Virus record (IMG/VR): IMGVR_UViG_3300033233_000013
Coordinates: 50,857-114,856 of that record
Length of the DNA stretch: 64,000 nucleotides
Source of the DNA: a virus
Lineage: Duplodnaviria; Heunggongvirae; Uroviricota; Caudoviricetes
Direction: 5' to 3' (one strand)
Below, piece after piece: positions 8,974 to 18,700 of the stretch. The stretch's first letter is position 1. Every line of letters begins with the position of its first letter. The position numbers and the translations under genes were made by a program. The notes under the pieces are model-generated. The model saw only the letters and a list, made by a program, of their open reading frames with translations. It was not told where the DNA came from and ran no database searches.

Positions 8974-9677
8974 CTCTGCTCCGCCGGTGCTTTCGGGTGC
9001 GTGAGGAAGTCGACGCGCTTACAGAGGCAGCGCCACGGGAGGTCCCGCCCGTTCTCGTTCCGCGTCTGGATCTCCCAGACGACGTACTCCTCGAGCGTGC
9101 GGAGGCGGAGCACGTAGCGCGTGCCGGTGGCGAGCGCGCTGCCGCCCGGCCAGACGATCGTTCGGTCGTTCAGGGTGAAGTCCGTGCCGAGCGCGAGCGG
9201 CACGATCTCGTTCACGTAGGGGTGCCCGGTCGAGGGGTTCCGCCGCGTCGCGTGCGCCTTCTCGACGCCGAGCACGTGGCTGAACCGGATCGTGTCCTCG
9301 CTCCCCTTGGTGAGCGTCTCGTCCACGAGGATCTCGGACGTCGGCAGCACGAGGCGCGAGAAGTAGGTGGGTTTCACGCCGGTCGGGAACGTGAAGAACG
9401 CGTCGCCGACCTCGAACGTGCCGGCCGCATCGGGGCGCCGCGTCGGTTTCCGATTCGGGCCGAAGACGATCACGTCCTGCTCGGGGTCCCACAAGAAACC
9501 ATACGGGAAGCAGAGCGTGCAGGCGGGATCGGGGCGGCCGGTCTCCGCGCCCCAGCAGGCGCAGCGCATGGCGAGGCGGAACTTCGCCTGCGTCCCGTGC
9601 GCGCGGGTCAGCGCGTCGAAGCTCTCGGGCTGCAGATGGAAGTCATCGAAACTGGCGATGTCCTCGGTGAGAAGCAT
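8967..9677 (-). CDS. Head-tail joining or virion protein, ~236 aa, with a Cys cluster (RCACWG...ACTLC)
   Basis: Internal Met MLLTEDIASFDDF... of ORF 8967..10235, overlapping the upstream stop by 1 nt. The upstream 186 codons are Arg/Pro-rich out-of-frame sequence. Confidence 0.5.
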   Translation of the reverse strand: MLLTEDIASFDDFHLQPESFDALTRAHGTQAKFRLAMRCACWGAETGRPDPACTLCFPYGFLWDPEQDVIVFGPNRKPTRRPDAAGTFEVGDAFFTFPTGVKPTYFSRLVLPTSEILVDETLTKGSEDTIRFSHVLGVEKAHATRRNPSTGHPYVNEIVPLALGTDFTLNDRTIVWPGGSALATGTRYVLRLRTLEEYVVWEIQTRNENGRDLPWRCLCKRVDFLTHPKAPAEQSY

Positions 9678-10495
9678 CAGGCCACCGCCCCGAGGACGCC
9701 GAAGGGAATGCCGCGCTCCTGGCGCTGCCAGTTCTGGACGAGGTCGGCTTCGGCCTTCATCCAGAGCTCGACCGTGCCGCTGTACGGGCCATACTTCTGC
9801 GTGATGAACGACTGCGACTGCGAGAGGCCATCCTCGGAGAGCGACTGGCTCCCGAGCCCGCGGTTCCGAATCGCCGATGCGATGCCCAAGATGAGGAGCG
9901 CGGCGCGGAGCCGGATCGCCTCGAGGAGATCGTTGTGGTCGTGGCGGAGCTCCGCGGACGTGAACCCGCACGTGTAGTCGACGAAGAAGCACATCGGGAT
10001 GCGCTGCCCGTAGGCGATCGCGCTCATGATGAGCCCGGACATCTTGGCCGCGTTCAGCGCGAGCGCGCCGGCGGGGACGAAGTAGAGCTTCCCGAAGCGG
10101 CGATCGAGCCGGATCCAGGGGTTCGGCACGACGAAGCCGGGTTGGATCGCCGGCGCGCCGGGATAGGCGAAGAAGGCCTGCGTCACCGCCCGGATCGGCC
10201 GGTAGGGGAGCTCCGTGTAGCCGAACGTGTGGCACTCCGGGAAGTTGAAGGCCGGGATCTCGACGTCGTAGGTGTCGGCAGCGAGGCCACGCCCACCGGG
10301 ATCAGACACGACGCGGCTCTCGGAAAAGCGCACCTCGAGCGCGCGCTCGTAGAAGTCCTCCGCGGCGCGGAGCTTCTGCGCGATCACGGATTCGGAGAGC
10401 GGCTCGGGCTGCCCGCCGATCTTCAAGAGGATCGGGTAGAGCTCGCTATCCCGGATCGCCTCGACCGTGAGTGGGGTCTTGAAGGAACTGGCCAC
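9677..10495 (-). CDS. Structural hypothetical protein (272 aa)
   Basis: MASSFKTPLTVEAIRDSELYPILLKIGG... with normal composition, in the head-tail block. Confidence 0.55.
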   Translation of the reverse strand: MASSFKTPLTVEAIRDSELYPILLKIGGQPEPLSESVIAQKLRAAEDFYERALEVRFSESRVVSDPGGRGLAADTYDVEIPAFNFPECHTFGYTELPYRPIRAVTQAFFAYPGAPAIQPGFVVPNPWIRLDRRFGKLYFVPAGALALNAAKMSGLIMSAIAYGQRIPMCFFVDYTCGFTSAELRHDHNDLLEAIRLRAALLILGIASAIRNRGLGSQSLSEDGLSQSQSFITQKYGPYSGTVELWMKAEADLVQNWQRQERGIPFGVLGAVA

Positions 10496-10508
10496 AGGCC
10501 CCCACGGC

Positions 10509-11114
10509 TCAGGGAATCGCGTCTAAAACGACGGAGAGCCCACTACACGTGCCGGTCGCGTTCACCGTGAGCGAGAGCGCCGACCGCGGCGGCACCTCGA
10601 GCGCGTCGTTCGGCCCATTGCCGGTACGGACGTAGAGCCCCTTTCCCGTTTTCCCGAAGAAGTTCAGCACGGCGAGCGTGGTCGTGCCGCGCTTGAGCGT
10701 CGCCTTGCAGACGGTGCCGGTCGCATCGATCGCCGACCCCCCGATGCCGCGGATCCGGTAGGAATTCCCCGCGGGCAGGATCGGGACGACCGTGTTGTCG
10801 GCGACGGCGCCGGCGGGCGCGAGCACGGTGACGAAGCGCGGGGCGGCCGTATCGACCGCGGCGTTCGGCGACGAGTCGCGTTCGCGGCTCTTCTCCATGA
10901 CGGGCGGGATGTCCGCCGTCGGCGTCGCGGTCGGCGTCGCCGTCTTGGTCGGGGTGGCCGTGACCGTCGGTGTCGCGGTGACCGTCGGCGTCGGCGTTTT
11001 CGTGACCGTCGGGGTCGGCGTCACCGTTTGAGCGGATGCCCCTTGCGGCAGGGCACAGATGAGGAGCGCGAGCGCGGCGGCCGCGAGGGCGAGGCGTCGG
11101 AAAGCGTGCGTCAT
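10509..11114 (-). CDS. Signal-peptide protein with a Thr/Pro-rich (TPTPTV) linker and a C-terminal ~110-aa domain
   Basis: MTHAFRRLALAAAALALLICALPQGASA|QT followed by (TPT)n. It sits within the head module. Confidence 0.55.
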   Translation of the reverse strand: MTHAFRRLALAAAALALLICALPQGASAQTVTPTPTVTKTPTPTVTATPTVTATPTKTATPTATPTADIPPVMEKSRERDSSPNAAVDTAAPRFVTVLAPAGAVADNTVVPILPAGNSYRIRGIGGSAIDATGTVCKATLKRGTTTLAVLNFFGKTGKGLYVRTGNGPNDALEVPPRSALSLTVNATGTCSGLSVVLDAIP

Positions 11115-11139
11115 CGTGAGGCTCCTTCTCGCGTCGGCG

Positions 11140-11715
11140 CTACTTCGCCGCCGCCTTGCCCTTCGCCTTCGGGTCGTTGGCCTGTTCGGCGCCCTCGGTC
11201 GCCCCCGTCGGCGCGGTGAGCTGTGCGTTCACGCTGCGGAGCGACTCGACCTCGCGCTGGGCGGCGGTGAGCGCATGTTGGAGCTCCGCCTTCTCCTGCG
11301 CGAGCTGGTCGACCTGCGCCTTGAGGGTCGGGATCGCGGACGCCTTCAGCTCGGTGCGGAGCGTCGCCGCTTCCGTGATCGCGGCGTTCCGCTCGGCGGA
11401 GATCGCGAGGTTCGCCTGCTGCAGCTCGGTGATGGTGCGGTTCGCCGCATCGAGCGCGCCGCCCGAGGTACCGGCCTTGGCGCTCGCGCGTGCCTGCGCG
11501 ATCTCGGCATCGACGCGCTGAAGGATCGCCGGGTCGTAGGTCTCGGCACGCGTGAAGCCCTGCCCGCGACAGAAGGCCTCCGCGACCGGGTCGTCGATCG
11601 GCTCGGAGAGGAGCAGCCGCGGCCCGTCCTTCGGCGCATCGACCACGCCGAAGCCGACGTTGTTGATCAGGTGGCTCGCGTTCGGGAGCCGACACTCGAT
11701 GCGGACCTTGCTCAT
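11140..11715 (-). CDS. Coiled-coil, Ala/Gln-rich protein (head decoration or auxiliary scaffold?)
   Basis: 191 aa with long helical heptad-like stretches. It is immediately downstream of the capsid gene. Confidence 0.5.
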   Translation of the reverse strand: MSKVRIECRLPNASHLINNVGFGVVDAPKDGPRLLLSEPIDDPVAEAFCRGQGFTRAETYDPAILQRVDAEIAQARASAKAGTSGGALDAANRTITELQQANLAISAERNAAITEAATLRTELKASAIPTLKAQVDQLAQEKAELQHALTAAQREVESLRSVNAQLTAPTGATEGAEQANDPKAKGKAAAK

Positions 11716-11773
11716 GCGATCTCCGAGCGCTGCCGGGAGGCGACGCGTGCCGCCCCCCGGGCTTCAGGGGGCG

Positions 11774-13303
11774 CTACCCGCGCGGGTTCCAGCGTGCGTT
11801 CGCGGGGAGCACGTTCTCGATCAAGGCGTGGTGCTCGATGATCCCCATCTGCAGGTACCAGAAGTGGACCATGCCGATGCGCGTGGTCGCGCGCAGCCGG
11901 GCGAGCGGGAACTGCGTGATCGGGTAGAGCCGGCGCATGCCGATCGCCGAGCTCTCCGGCGCGAGGTTCAGGAGGATGACCGGCGACGTGCCGGGCAGGA
12001 ACTTGTTGTTGTCGACGAAGGTCGTGTTGGCCCCCGACGCGCCGACCCGCGCGATGCGGGCGATCGAGCGCAGATCGGCGAGCGCGTTCGTGCCGTTGCG
12101 TCGGCCGCGGTAGACCTCGTAGCCCTTCACGCCGGCGTCGTTCGGATTCGTGATCGTGATCGTGACGTGGTCCCCCGCCGCGACGGTCACCTGCGCGGCG
12201 ACGACGCCGGTCGAGCGACCCTTCCCGATCGAGCAGACCGCGTAGTAGTAGGTCCCCTCGTCGACGAGCGCGAACTTGCTGTCGACCGACGCCGCGACGA
12301 CCGGCGCCCCCGCGGCCCCATCGCCGACGGCGGTCGGCGGAAGCAGCGGGTTCGAAGTCAGGAAGTCGGCGTACTTGCCGCCGCGGGCTTCGAAGGGCGG
12401 GAGGCTCTCGGTCAGGAAGATATCGCGTTCGAGCTTGACCTTCCCCTGGATCGTCTTCACGCCGCCGACCGTCGCGCCCATGGTGAGGTCGCGGTCGGCC
12501 GTGGAATCGTCGAGCGCGATCCGCATCGCCGGCTTCAGCTTCTGATCGAACTCGGAGGTCGCGACGTCGATCGAGGCGAGCGCGGTCGTGATCCGTCCGA
12601 AGCGGCCCTGCGCCTGCACCTTGGTCGAGAGGTTGATGACCTCGTCGCCCATCGACGAGAGGCCGCCGCCGCGGGCATCGAACGTCAGCTCGGGGTCGCC
12701 GTGGTCGCGGATCTGTTTCAGGATGCCGTCGGGCTCGAACGTGCTCGCGACGCTGTCGCCGTAGATGAGCGCGTACTCGGCGTCCTGCTTGAGTTGCCGG
12801 ATGCCGCCCATCTGCGCCCCCGCGAGGGCATCGATGACGGACACTTCGGCCATCTTCGCCATGCTCACTTCGCGCTGCGTCATCTGAAACTTCACATTGC
12901 CGACTTTGCGAACGTACTCCTCGTCCGCGGTCGGCAGGTCGTCGAGCTCGCCGACGAAGGTCTGGCCCTCGACGCCGCCGATCGACATCTGGCGGATCCA
13001 TTCGTCGAGCACCGCTCCGGCCTTGCCGGTCGCGAGCATGTTGAAGAGGATGAACATCGGCTCGAGCGGGATCGTCCGCTTGACGATCGGATCGAGCGAC
13101 TGCACGCGGAGCGCGGCGCCGCCTTCCAAGAGCGCGACGTCCGAGCCGCCGGTCGTGAGCCCGGCGTTGGTCGTCAGCGCCTTACAGAAGGCGTCGTACG
13201 ACTGATAGCCGCCCGCGCCGTCGAGCACGCCGAGGAGCTCGCCGCCGACGCCGCTCACTCCGAACTCGTTGATTCCAGGTTCCATCGCTCGCTCCTCCTC
13301 CAC
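11774..13303 (-). CDS. Probable major capsid protein (~500 aa, possibly with an inserted Ig-like domain)
   Basis: Follows the protease and scaffold genes. Normal composition, with an internal beta-rich segment YYYAVCSIGKGRSTGVVAAQVTVAAGDHVTITITNP. Confidence 0.55.
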   Translation of the reverse strand: MEEERAMEPGINEFGVSGVGGELLGVLDGAGGYQSYDAFCKALTTNAGLTTGGSDVALLEGGAALRVQSLDPIVKRTIPLEPMFILFNMLATGKAGAVLDEWIRQMSIGGVEGQTFVGELDDLPTADEEYVRKVGNVKFQMTQREVSMAKMAEVSVIDALAGAQMGGIRQLKQDAEYALIYGDSVASTFEPDGILKQIRDHGDPELTFDARGGGLSSMGDEVINLSTKVQAQGRFGRITTALASIDVATSEFDQKLKPAMRIALDDSTADRDLTMGATVGGVKTIQGKVKLERDIFLTESLPPFEARGGKYADFLTSNPLLPPTAVGDGAAGAPVVAASVDSKFALVDEGTYYYAVCSIGKGRSTGVVAAQVTVAAGDHVTITITNPNDAGVKGYEVYRGRRNGTNALADLRSIARIARVGASGANTTFVDNNKFLPGTSPVILLNLAPESSAIGMRRLYPITQFPLARLRATTRIGMVHFWYLQMGIIEHHALIENVLPANARWNPRG

Positions 13304-13357
13304 CCCATGCGGCGCGGCTGCCCGCGCCGACCCCGTTCTGCGTCGCGTGCCGTGCGG

Positions 13358-14200
13358 TTACGCGGCGGCGGTGGCCGCCTTCGCGAGGACCTCGCGGACC
13401 CGGGCCGCCAAGGCCCCGCGTCCTTCCTTCGCCATGTCGTCGATCCCTTGGCCGGCGTTCGTGTGCTGCAGGAGCTGCGTCGTCTCGACGAGCGAGAGAC
13501 CGCCCTGCGGCTCGGGGAGCTTCGTCGCCGCCTTGAAGAGCGTCTCGCCGCGGAGCCCAGCGTCGCCGGTCGGCACCGCCGCGAGCGTCGGCCGGGTCGT
13601 GCCCTTCGCGCCGCCATCACGCGGCTGCGCGCCGTACCCGTCGATCTTCGTCTCGAGCGCCTTCATGCGGGCGCCCATCGCCATCTGCGACTTGATGAGC
13701 AGGCCCGCCGCCTCGGCGACCGGCTTCAGGCACTTCAGGAGGTGCTCGGCGTGCTTCCGCTCGCCCGCCCGCGCCGCCTCGGCGGTCTGCAGGAGCGCGG
13801 TCAGGATCGGCATCGCGCTGACGTCCGCGCTCGGATCCGCGCCGGCCGGCGTGCCGGCCTTCAGGAGCGCCGCCGCGCGCTCGGTCGCCACCGGCGTCAG
13901 CTCCTCGTCGTCGTCGGCCGGGAGCGTCGCGAGGTCGGCGTTCAACGTGCCGCTCTCCATGCCGGCCTGGAAGGACTTGAGCAGGCCGAGCTGCACGTCG
14001 AGATCGTCCTCGGCGGGCGCCGCCACGCCGCAGGCGCCGCAGAAGCGGTCGGCCTTCAGCATCTCCTCGGTGCAGCTCGCGCACTTGCGGAGCGTGGCCC
14101 CCTCCTCGAGCGGCGGACGGCCGCAGGCGCCGCAGAACTTCTTCCCCTTCATCATCGGGTGCTGCTCTTCGCCGCTGCAGGGGATCTCGGTGTCCTTCAT
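13358..14200 (-). CDS. Scaffolding-like protein with two N-terminal CxxC...CxxC zinc ribbons
   Basis: KKFCGACGRP...CASC and DRFCGACG are followed by a long helical, Ala-rich region. It is positioned between the protease-like and capsid genes. Confidence 0.5.
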   Translation of the reverse strand: MKDTEIPCSGEEQHPMMKGKKFCGACGRPPLEEGATLRKCASCTEEMLKADRFCGACGVAAPAEDDLDVQLGLLKSFQAGMESGTLNADLATLPADDDEELTPVATERAAALLKAGTPAGADPSADVSAMPILTALLQTAEAARAGERKHAEHLLKCLKPVAEAAGLLIKSQMAMGARMKALETKIDGYGAQPRDGGAKGTTRPTLAAVPTGDAGLRGETLFKAATKLPEPQGGLSLVETTQLLQHTNAGQGIDDMAKEGRGALAARVREVLAKAATAAA

Positions 14201-14212
14201 GACGCTCTCCTC

Positions 14213-15154
14213 CTACGCGGCCTTCGCCGCTGTGGTGTCCCGAATCGAAGTCAAGAAGTCGCGGGCCGCGCGGCGCGCCCCGAGCGCGTCCAGGCCGCCG
14301 CATTTGGCGAAATGGTCGGTGAGCGTCTCCATCGACGGTGCGCTCGTCGTGTGCGCGCACTGGTGGTCGCGCTCGCCGCGGAGGCCGCGGAGGTAGGACG
14401 CGGCGACCGCGCGGGTCTTCCCGGTGAGCGACTGACGCGCGAGCGCGGCGCCACCGGTGCGCGCCGCCATGTCGCTCGACGCCGGCGTCGCCGTCATCGC
14501 CTTCGCGATCCCGCAGCACGCGCCCGCGCAGGTCTCGCCTTCGGCGCAGCCCGGAAGGTCGCGCGCGAGGACCGCGCTCTTCACGAACTCATCGAAGCCG
14601 TGGATCGAGACGGCGGGGACGCTGAGATTGATCGGGTTTTTCGCGAACGCCATGTTGTTCCAGAGCGCGCGCGTGGTGATGATCCGGTGCGCCTTGGTGA
14701 TCGGGTCGAGGAACTTTTTCCGCTCGAGGGGACGGCCGCAGATCGAGGGGAAGAACGGCTGCGCCGGCGACTGCTTGGTCTGGGTATCCCAGAACCAGTT
14801 CGCCATCTCGACGTGCGGGCCCTCGCCGCGGTAGATGGCCGTCTTCACGAGCGCCGACCGGTCGCCGCGGCAGACGTCCGCCGGCCGGCCGATCTCGTAG
14901 AGATAGGGGTTCGCGATCGGTGGCTTCATGAACCGCCCGATCTGCGTCAGGTGGTCGAGGTCGACATTCCCGTGCGCCTTGAAGTACGCGTCGGATCCCA
15001 AGAGCGCGTCGGTGAGGACCTTCTCGCCCTCGCTGTCCCAGGACTCGTTGGACGCCTCGGAGTAGACGAACCGGTCGTCGCCCTCGGTGTGGAGGCGCGA
15101 CTTGAACATCGGCAGGTGAACCGCGAAGACTGTGTCGTCGCGCCCCTCCATCAT
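14213..15154 (-). CDS. Probable prohead protease or scaffold (Mu gpI-like position)
   Basis: Likely start ATGATG (MMEGRDDTVFAVHLPMF...) with a GGTGGAG Shine-Dalgarno. The track start at 15217 lies inside an A/T-rich direct repeat. The functional call rests on position only. Confidence 0.4.
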   Translation of the reverse strand: MMEGRDDTVFAVHLPMFKSRLHTEGDDRFVYSEASNESWDSEGEKVLTDALLGSDAYFKAHGNVDLDHLTQIGRFMKPPIANPYLYEIGRPADVCRGDRSALVKTAIYRGEGPHVEMANWFWDTQTKQSPAQPFFPSICGRPLERKKFLDPITKAHRIITTRALWNNMAFAKNPINLSVPAVSIHGFDEFVKSAVLARDLPGCAEGETCAGACCGIAKAMTATPASSDMAARTGGAALARQSLTGKTRAVAASYLRGLRGERDHQCAHTTSAPSMETLTDHFAKCGGLDALGARRAARDFLTSIRDTTAAKAA

Positions 15155-15188
15155 CCGCTCCACCGCCCCATCCACCCGCCGCGTCCTC

Positions 15189-15224
15189 CGACTGCCCACA
15201 AAAAAACGACTGCCCACAAAAAAA
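15189..15224 (-). repeat. Two perfect tandem copies of an 18-bp A/T-rich unit (minus strand TTTTTTTGTGGGCAGTCG) in the protease 5' leader
   Basis: Plus strand reads cgactgcccacaaaaaaa twice. This is an unusual A/T tract in a 70% GC genome. Confidence 0.6.
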
Positions 15225-15339
15225 GGGCACCCAGGGCCGCGCCGGTGATTGCCGTCGCCTCCCTCGATGCCCTCGGACCTGCTAGCCCCCCGGGCGTTCT
15301 CGCTGTCGGGGCGCTCTGCTACGGGGTCGGTTGGTCAGC

Positions 15340-15356
15340 CGTCAATCATGCCAAGC
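15340..15356 (-). promoter_or_regulatory. Conserved motif copy 2 (CTTGGCATGATTGACGG, one mismatch)
   Basis: In the 145-bp intergenic region upstream of the protease/scaffold/capsid operon. Confidence 0.5.
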
Positions 15357-15362
15357 AGAAAC

Positions 15363-15569
15363 TCAGGCGCGGGGGATGACGAGACGGCGGGGGCGGGGCG
15401 TGTCAGGGGCAAAGCGGATCTCCCGGCCGCAGGCGGGATTTGGACAGGCAAGGATGACGGCGCCCTCGTCGGTGATCCGCGCGTAGGGCGGCTTCGCGAT
15501 CAGGAGCCCACCCTCGCGCGCCGGCCGCGCGATGGTCTCGCGACACTCGGGGCAGCGACGGTCGATCAC
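15363..15569 (-). CDS. Small zinc-ribbon protein (~68 aa)
   Basis: GTG start on a GTGA overlap. Sequence CPECRETIARPAREGG...CPNPACGREIRF. Confidence 0.4.
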   Translation of the reverse strand: MIDRRCPECRETIARPAREGGLLIAKPPYARITDEGAVILACPNPACGREIRFAPDTPRPRRLVIPRA

Positions 15570-15793
15570 TCGGCGCAGCGCCGGGCGCGCGCGCGGGCGA
15601 CGAGCGCGCGGCGATACTGCGCGATCGCCTCGGGGTCGCCGGCGGCGGCGCGCTCGCGGATCCCGTCGGTGAACGTCGACGCGTGATCGGCCATGCCGGC
15701 CGCCGCGGCGCGGAGCTGCTGGCGTTGCGCGAGGTTCCGATCGCGCAGGCGCTCGGCGCGCGCGGCCGCAGCGGTGAGTTCCTTCGGCGTCAT
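15566..15793 (-). CDS. Small helical protein (75 aa)
   Basis: MTPKELTAAAARAERLRDRNLAQRQQL... Confidence 0.4.
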   Translation of the reverse strand: MTPKELTAAAARAERLRDRNLAQRQQLRAAAAGMADHASTFTDGIRERAAAGDPEAIAQYRRALVARARARRCAE

Positions 15794-18700
15794 GCGACCT
15801 TCCGTTCGGGTATCGCCGTCTGTGCACGCGCCGTACGGAACGCGCCTGCGATGCCGTGCTCGTCGAGATCGGCGGCAGGGTCTGTCAACACGCTCCTCAA
15901 GGCGTACTTGCGGGCGATCCTCTCCTCCGCGCGTGCCTCGAACGGCGTGTCCGTGGTGAGGTCGACCAGGTCGAGATCGGGGTTCGTCCGCCCGAGGCGG
16001 TCGATGCGTCCATTGCGTTGTTCCCGCCCCATACTGGTCATGGGGCGATCGAGCTGGAAAAGCGCCTGGCCGCGCTGGAGGTTCAGGCCGGCCTGCCCCG
16101 CATCCGAGAGGACGAAGACATCGGCCTTCGGCTCACCGCTCTCCGGTTGGAACGTACGCCGCTTCGCATCGCGTTCCTTCGCGGAGTCCGCGCCCGTCAG
16201 GCTGACGACGCGGTGGCCCGCTTCGGCGAGCGCTTCGGTCGTCTCGTGCACGGTCTTCAAATTGTGAGCGAACACAACGACGGGGCGTCCCGTCGGCGGG
16301 TGATCCTTCAGCAGCTTCACGAGGTGCTGGATCTTGGCGTTCGACTCCCGCGGCGCCATGTCGACGACGCGCGCGAGCGCCTGCTCCTTCAACGTGCCGG
16401 GGTTGCGTTGGATCGCGCGCGCGATGGCCTCGTGTTCGGCGGCAGGCTTCCCCTCGAAGCGCGCCGGCACGAGCGTGCGTGCTGCCTCGACGTCGACCGT
16501 GCCGCGATCGCGCGCCACCCGCAGACGGTCGAACGCGCCGAGCACCGCCGCGTACTGCTTCTGTTGCTCGGGATGGAGCGGCACGGTCTCACGTCGGCGA
16601 TTCACGCGGTTCCCGGTCGGCACGGATGCGGCGTAAATGTATGGCGCGACCTCGCGCTTCAAGGCTTCCGCCGCCGCGATCGTGTTGACCGCGTACCTTC
16701 TCTTCCACTCGCCCGCGTCGCTGTAGCGGCCGCTCGGCTCGAGCTTATCGAGGAGCGACCGGAGCTCCGTCACGTCGTTCTTCACCGGATCCGCGGAGGC
16801 GCTCATGTAGTAGGGCGTCGTGTCGCTCGCGGCCTGCGCGATCCGGGACAGGAGCGAATCTTCTTTTCCGGTCCGGTCAAGCAAGCCGTGCCCCTCGTCG
16901 ACCATGAGCATCTGGTAGTCGATCCCCTGCTGCTTCCACGCGTCGCGGAGTGCCGCAGCGGCTTCCGGTCGTTTCAACGCCATGAACCGCGCCTGCGCCG
17001 CCTCGGGCTTGACGCCCCAGTGCGTCGCGAGCACGTGCAGCATGTCATCGCGGAACGCCTGGTGCGTGTGGACGACGGCGTGCGTGTCCAGGCTCCGGTG
17101 CTCGGCGAGACGCTGCGCGCGATCGCCGCCGGGGTTCGCCGCCCAGTTGAGCTTGCCCGGCTCCACGAACCTAGTGAACTCCGATCCGAACTGCCCCTGC
17201 ACCGACGACGGGACCACGAAGAGTCCTCTCTTCACGCCGCTCTTCGGCTGTGCGCGGAGATCGGTGAGTGCCCCGATGCCGATCGCCGTCTTCCCGCTGC
17301 CGGTGCTGAGTGCGGCCGCGAGCCGCTTCGTCCGCTCGAATTGCTTGATCGTCCGCTGCTGCTGCGGACTCCACCGCATGTCGGCCATGAGCTTCACCGC
17401 CGCGCCCGGCTTGAAGTTCTGCGCCATCGACGGCATGAGCGACGCGATCTGCTGCTCGACGGTCTGCCCGAGCGTGTAGCGCTCGTGCGCACCCGGCTCG
17501 CGCTTCACCCGCGACGTCGCCTCGCGGGTCGCGCCTAACAACCCGAGCTGGTTTTGGCGTGCGATTTCCTCGGACTCCGAAAGCCGCGCCATCTTCTCGA
17601 GGGCGGAGCCTTCCGCGTACTTGCCCTGCGCGCGTGTCCGCGCTGCCTCGAGGAGCTGACGGCGTTCGCCCAGGAGCGCGGCGCGCTTGGCGGGATCGAG
17701 ATAGCTCGCGTGGAGCTCGGCGTGGGCAACCGGCCGCGTTGCGATCCTGAGCGGCGTGTCGTGAAGCGTCGTGTACGCCTGGTGGAACCGATGGAGGAAA
17801 CGGGACTTGAGACCGTCCTGGAGTGTCTCGTACGCGCGCTGCGTGCCGCCCATCGCCTGCGTGTACTCGGTCCAACTGGTCGTTCGCGGCGTGTCGGCGG
17901 CGTCCCCGTGCGCGTCGGCGACGACGCTGTCGCGTTGCTGCTTCCACGCGAGCCACTCGGGTGTGGTCTCTTCACCGAAGAGCCCCTTGCTGGTCTTCGT
18001 CGGCTCGGGCCCGAAGGCGCTGAGCTTCCGATCGACGGACGCCTGATCGTAGCCCGTCGCGGCGTCCGTCTTCGCGACGTCGGTCGCGAAGTAGTGGCGG
18101 AGCGTGCGCTGGTCCTGGTCGGTCAAGTCTCCGATCGGCGCAAACGCGACCTGCGCGCGCGGGTCTTCTGCCAGGGCGCGGGTGAACGCTTCGCGGGTCG
18201 GCTTGTCGTCGGCGACCGCGATCCGCTGGCTATGGAGCGCGGCCGTGCGATCGAGGCCCCGCGCCTTGAAGTGGTCCGTCACGAGCTGCTCAAGCGCGGC
18301 GGCGTGGGCGTCGGCCTTGGTCGGCACCATCACCGGCACGGTCTTCCCGTCCACGTCGCGCGTGATCGCCTTCCCGTGCTCGACGAGCGGCACGGTCGGC
18401 GGGAAGACGCGGCTCAGCTCCGCCTCGACAGCGCCGCGATGCGCTGCGGGGATCGCGAGGATATCGCGGTGGACGCTCGCGAGGAGGTCGTTCGGGTCCT
18501 CGCCGTTGGCCGCGCGGAGCGCGAGGTGCTCGCGGAGGTCGCCGACCGGATCACCGTGGTCGCCGAGGTTCCCGAGCGGCTTCAACGATGCGGTGAGACT
18601 CGACGGCTCGAGGCCAGGCGCGCTGAACGTCGAGGCGGGCCGCGTGATCGTGCCCGCCGGCTTCCAATTCGGCTCGTCGCGCTCGCCGCGCTTGATCGCC

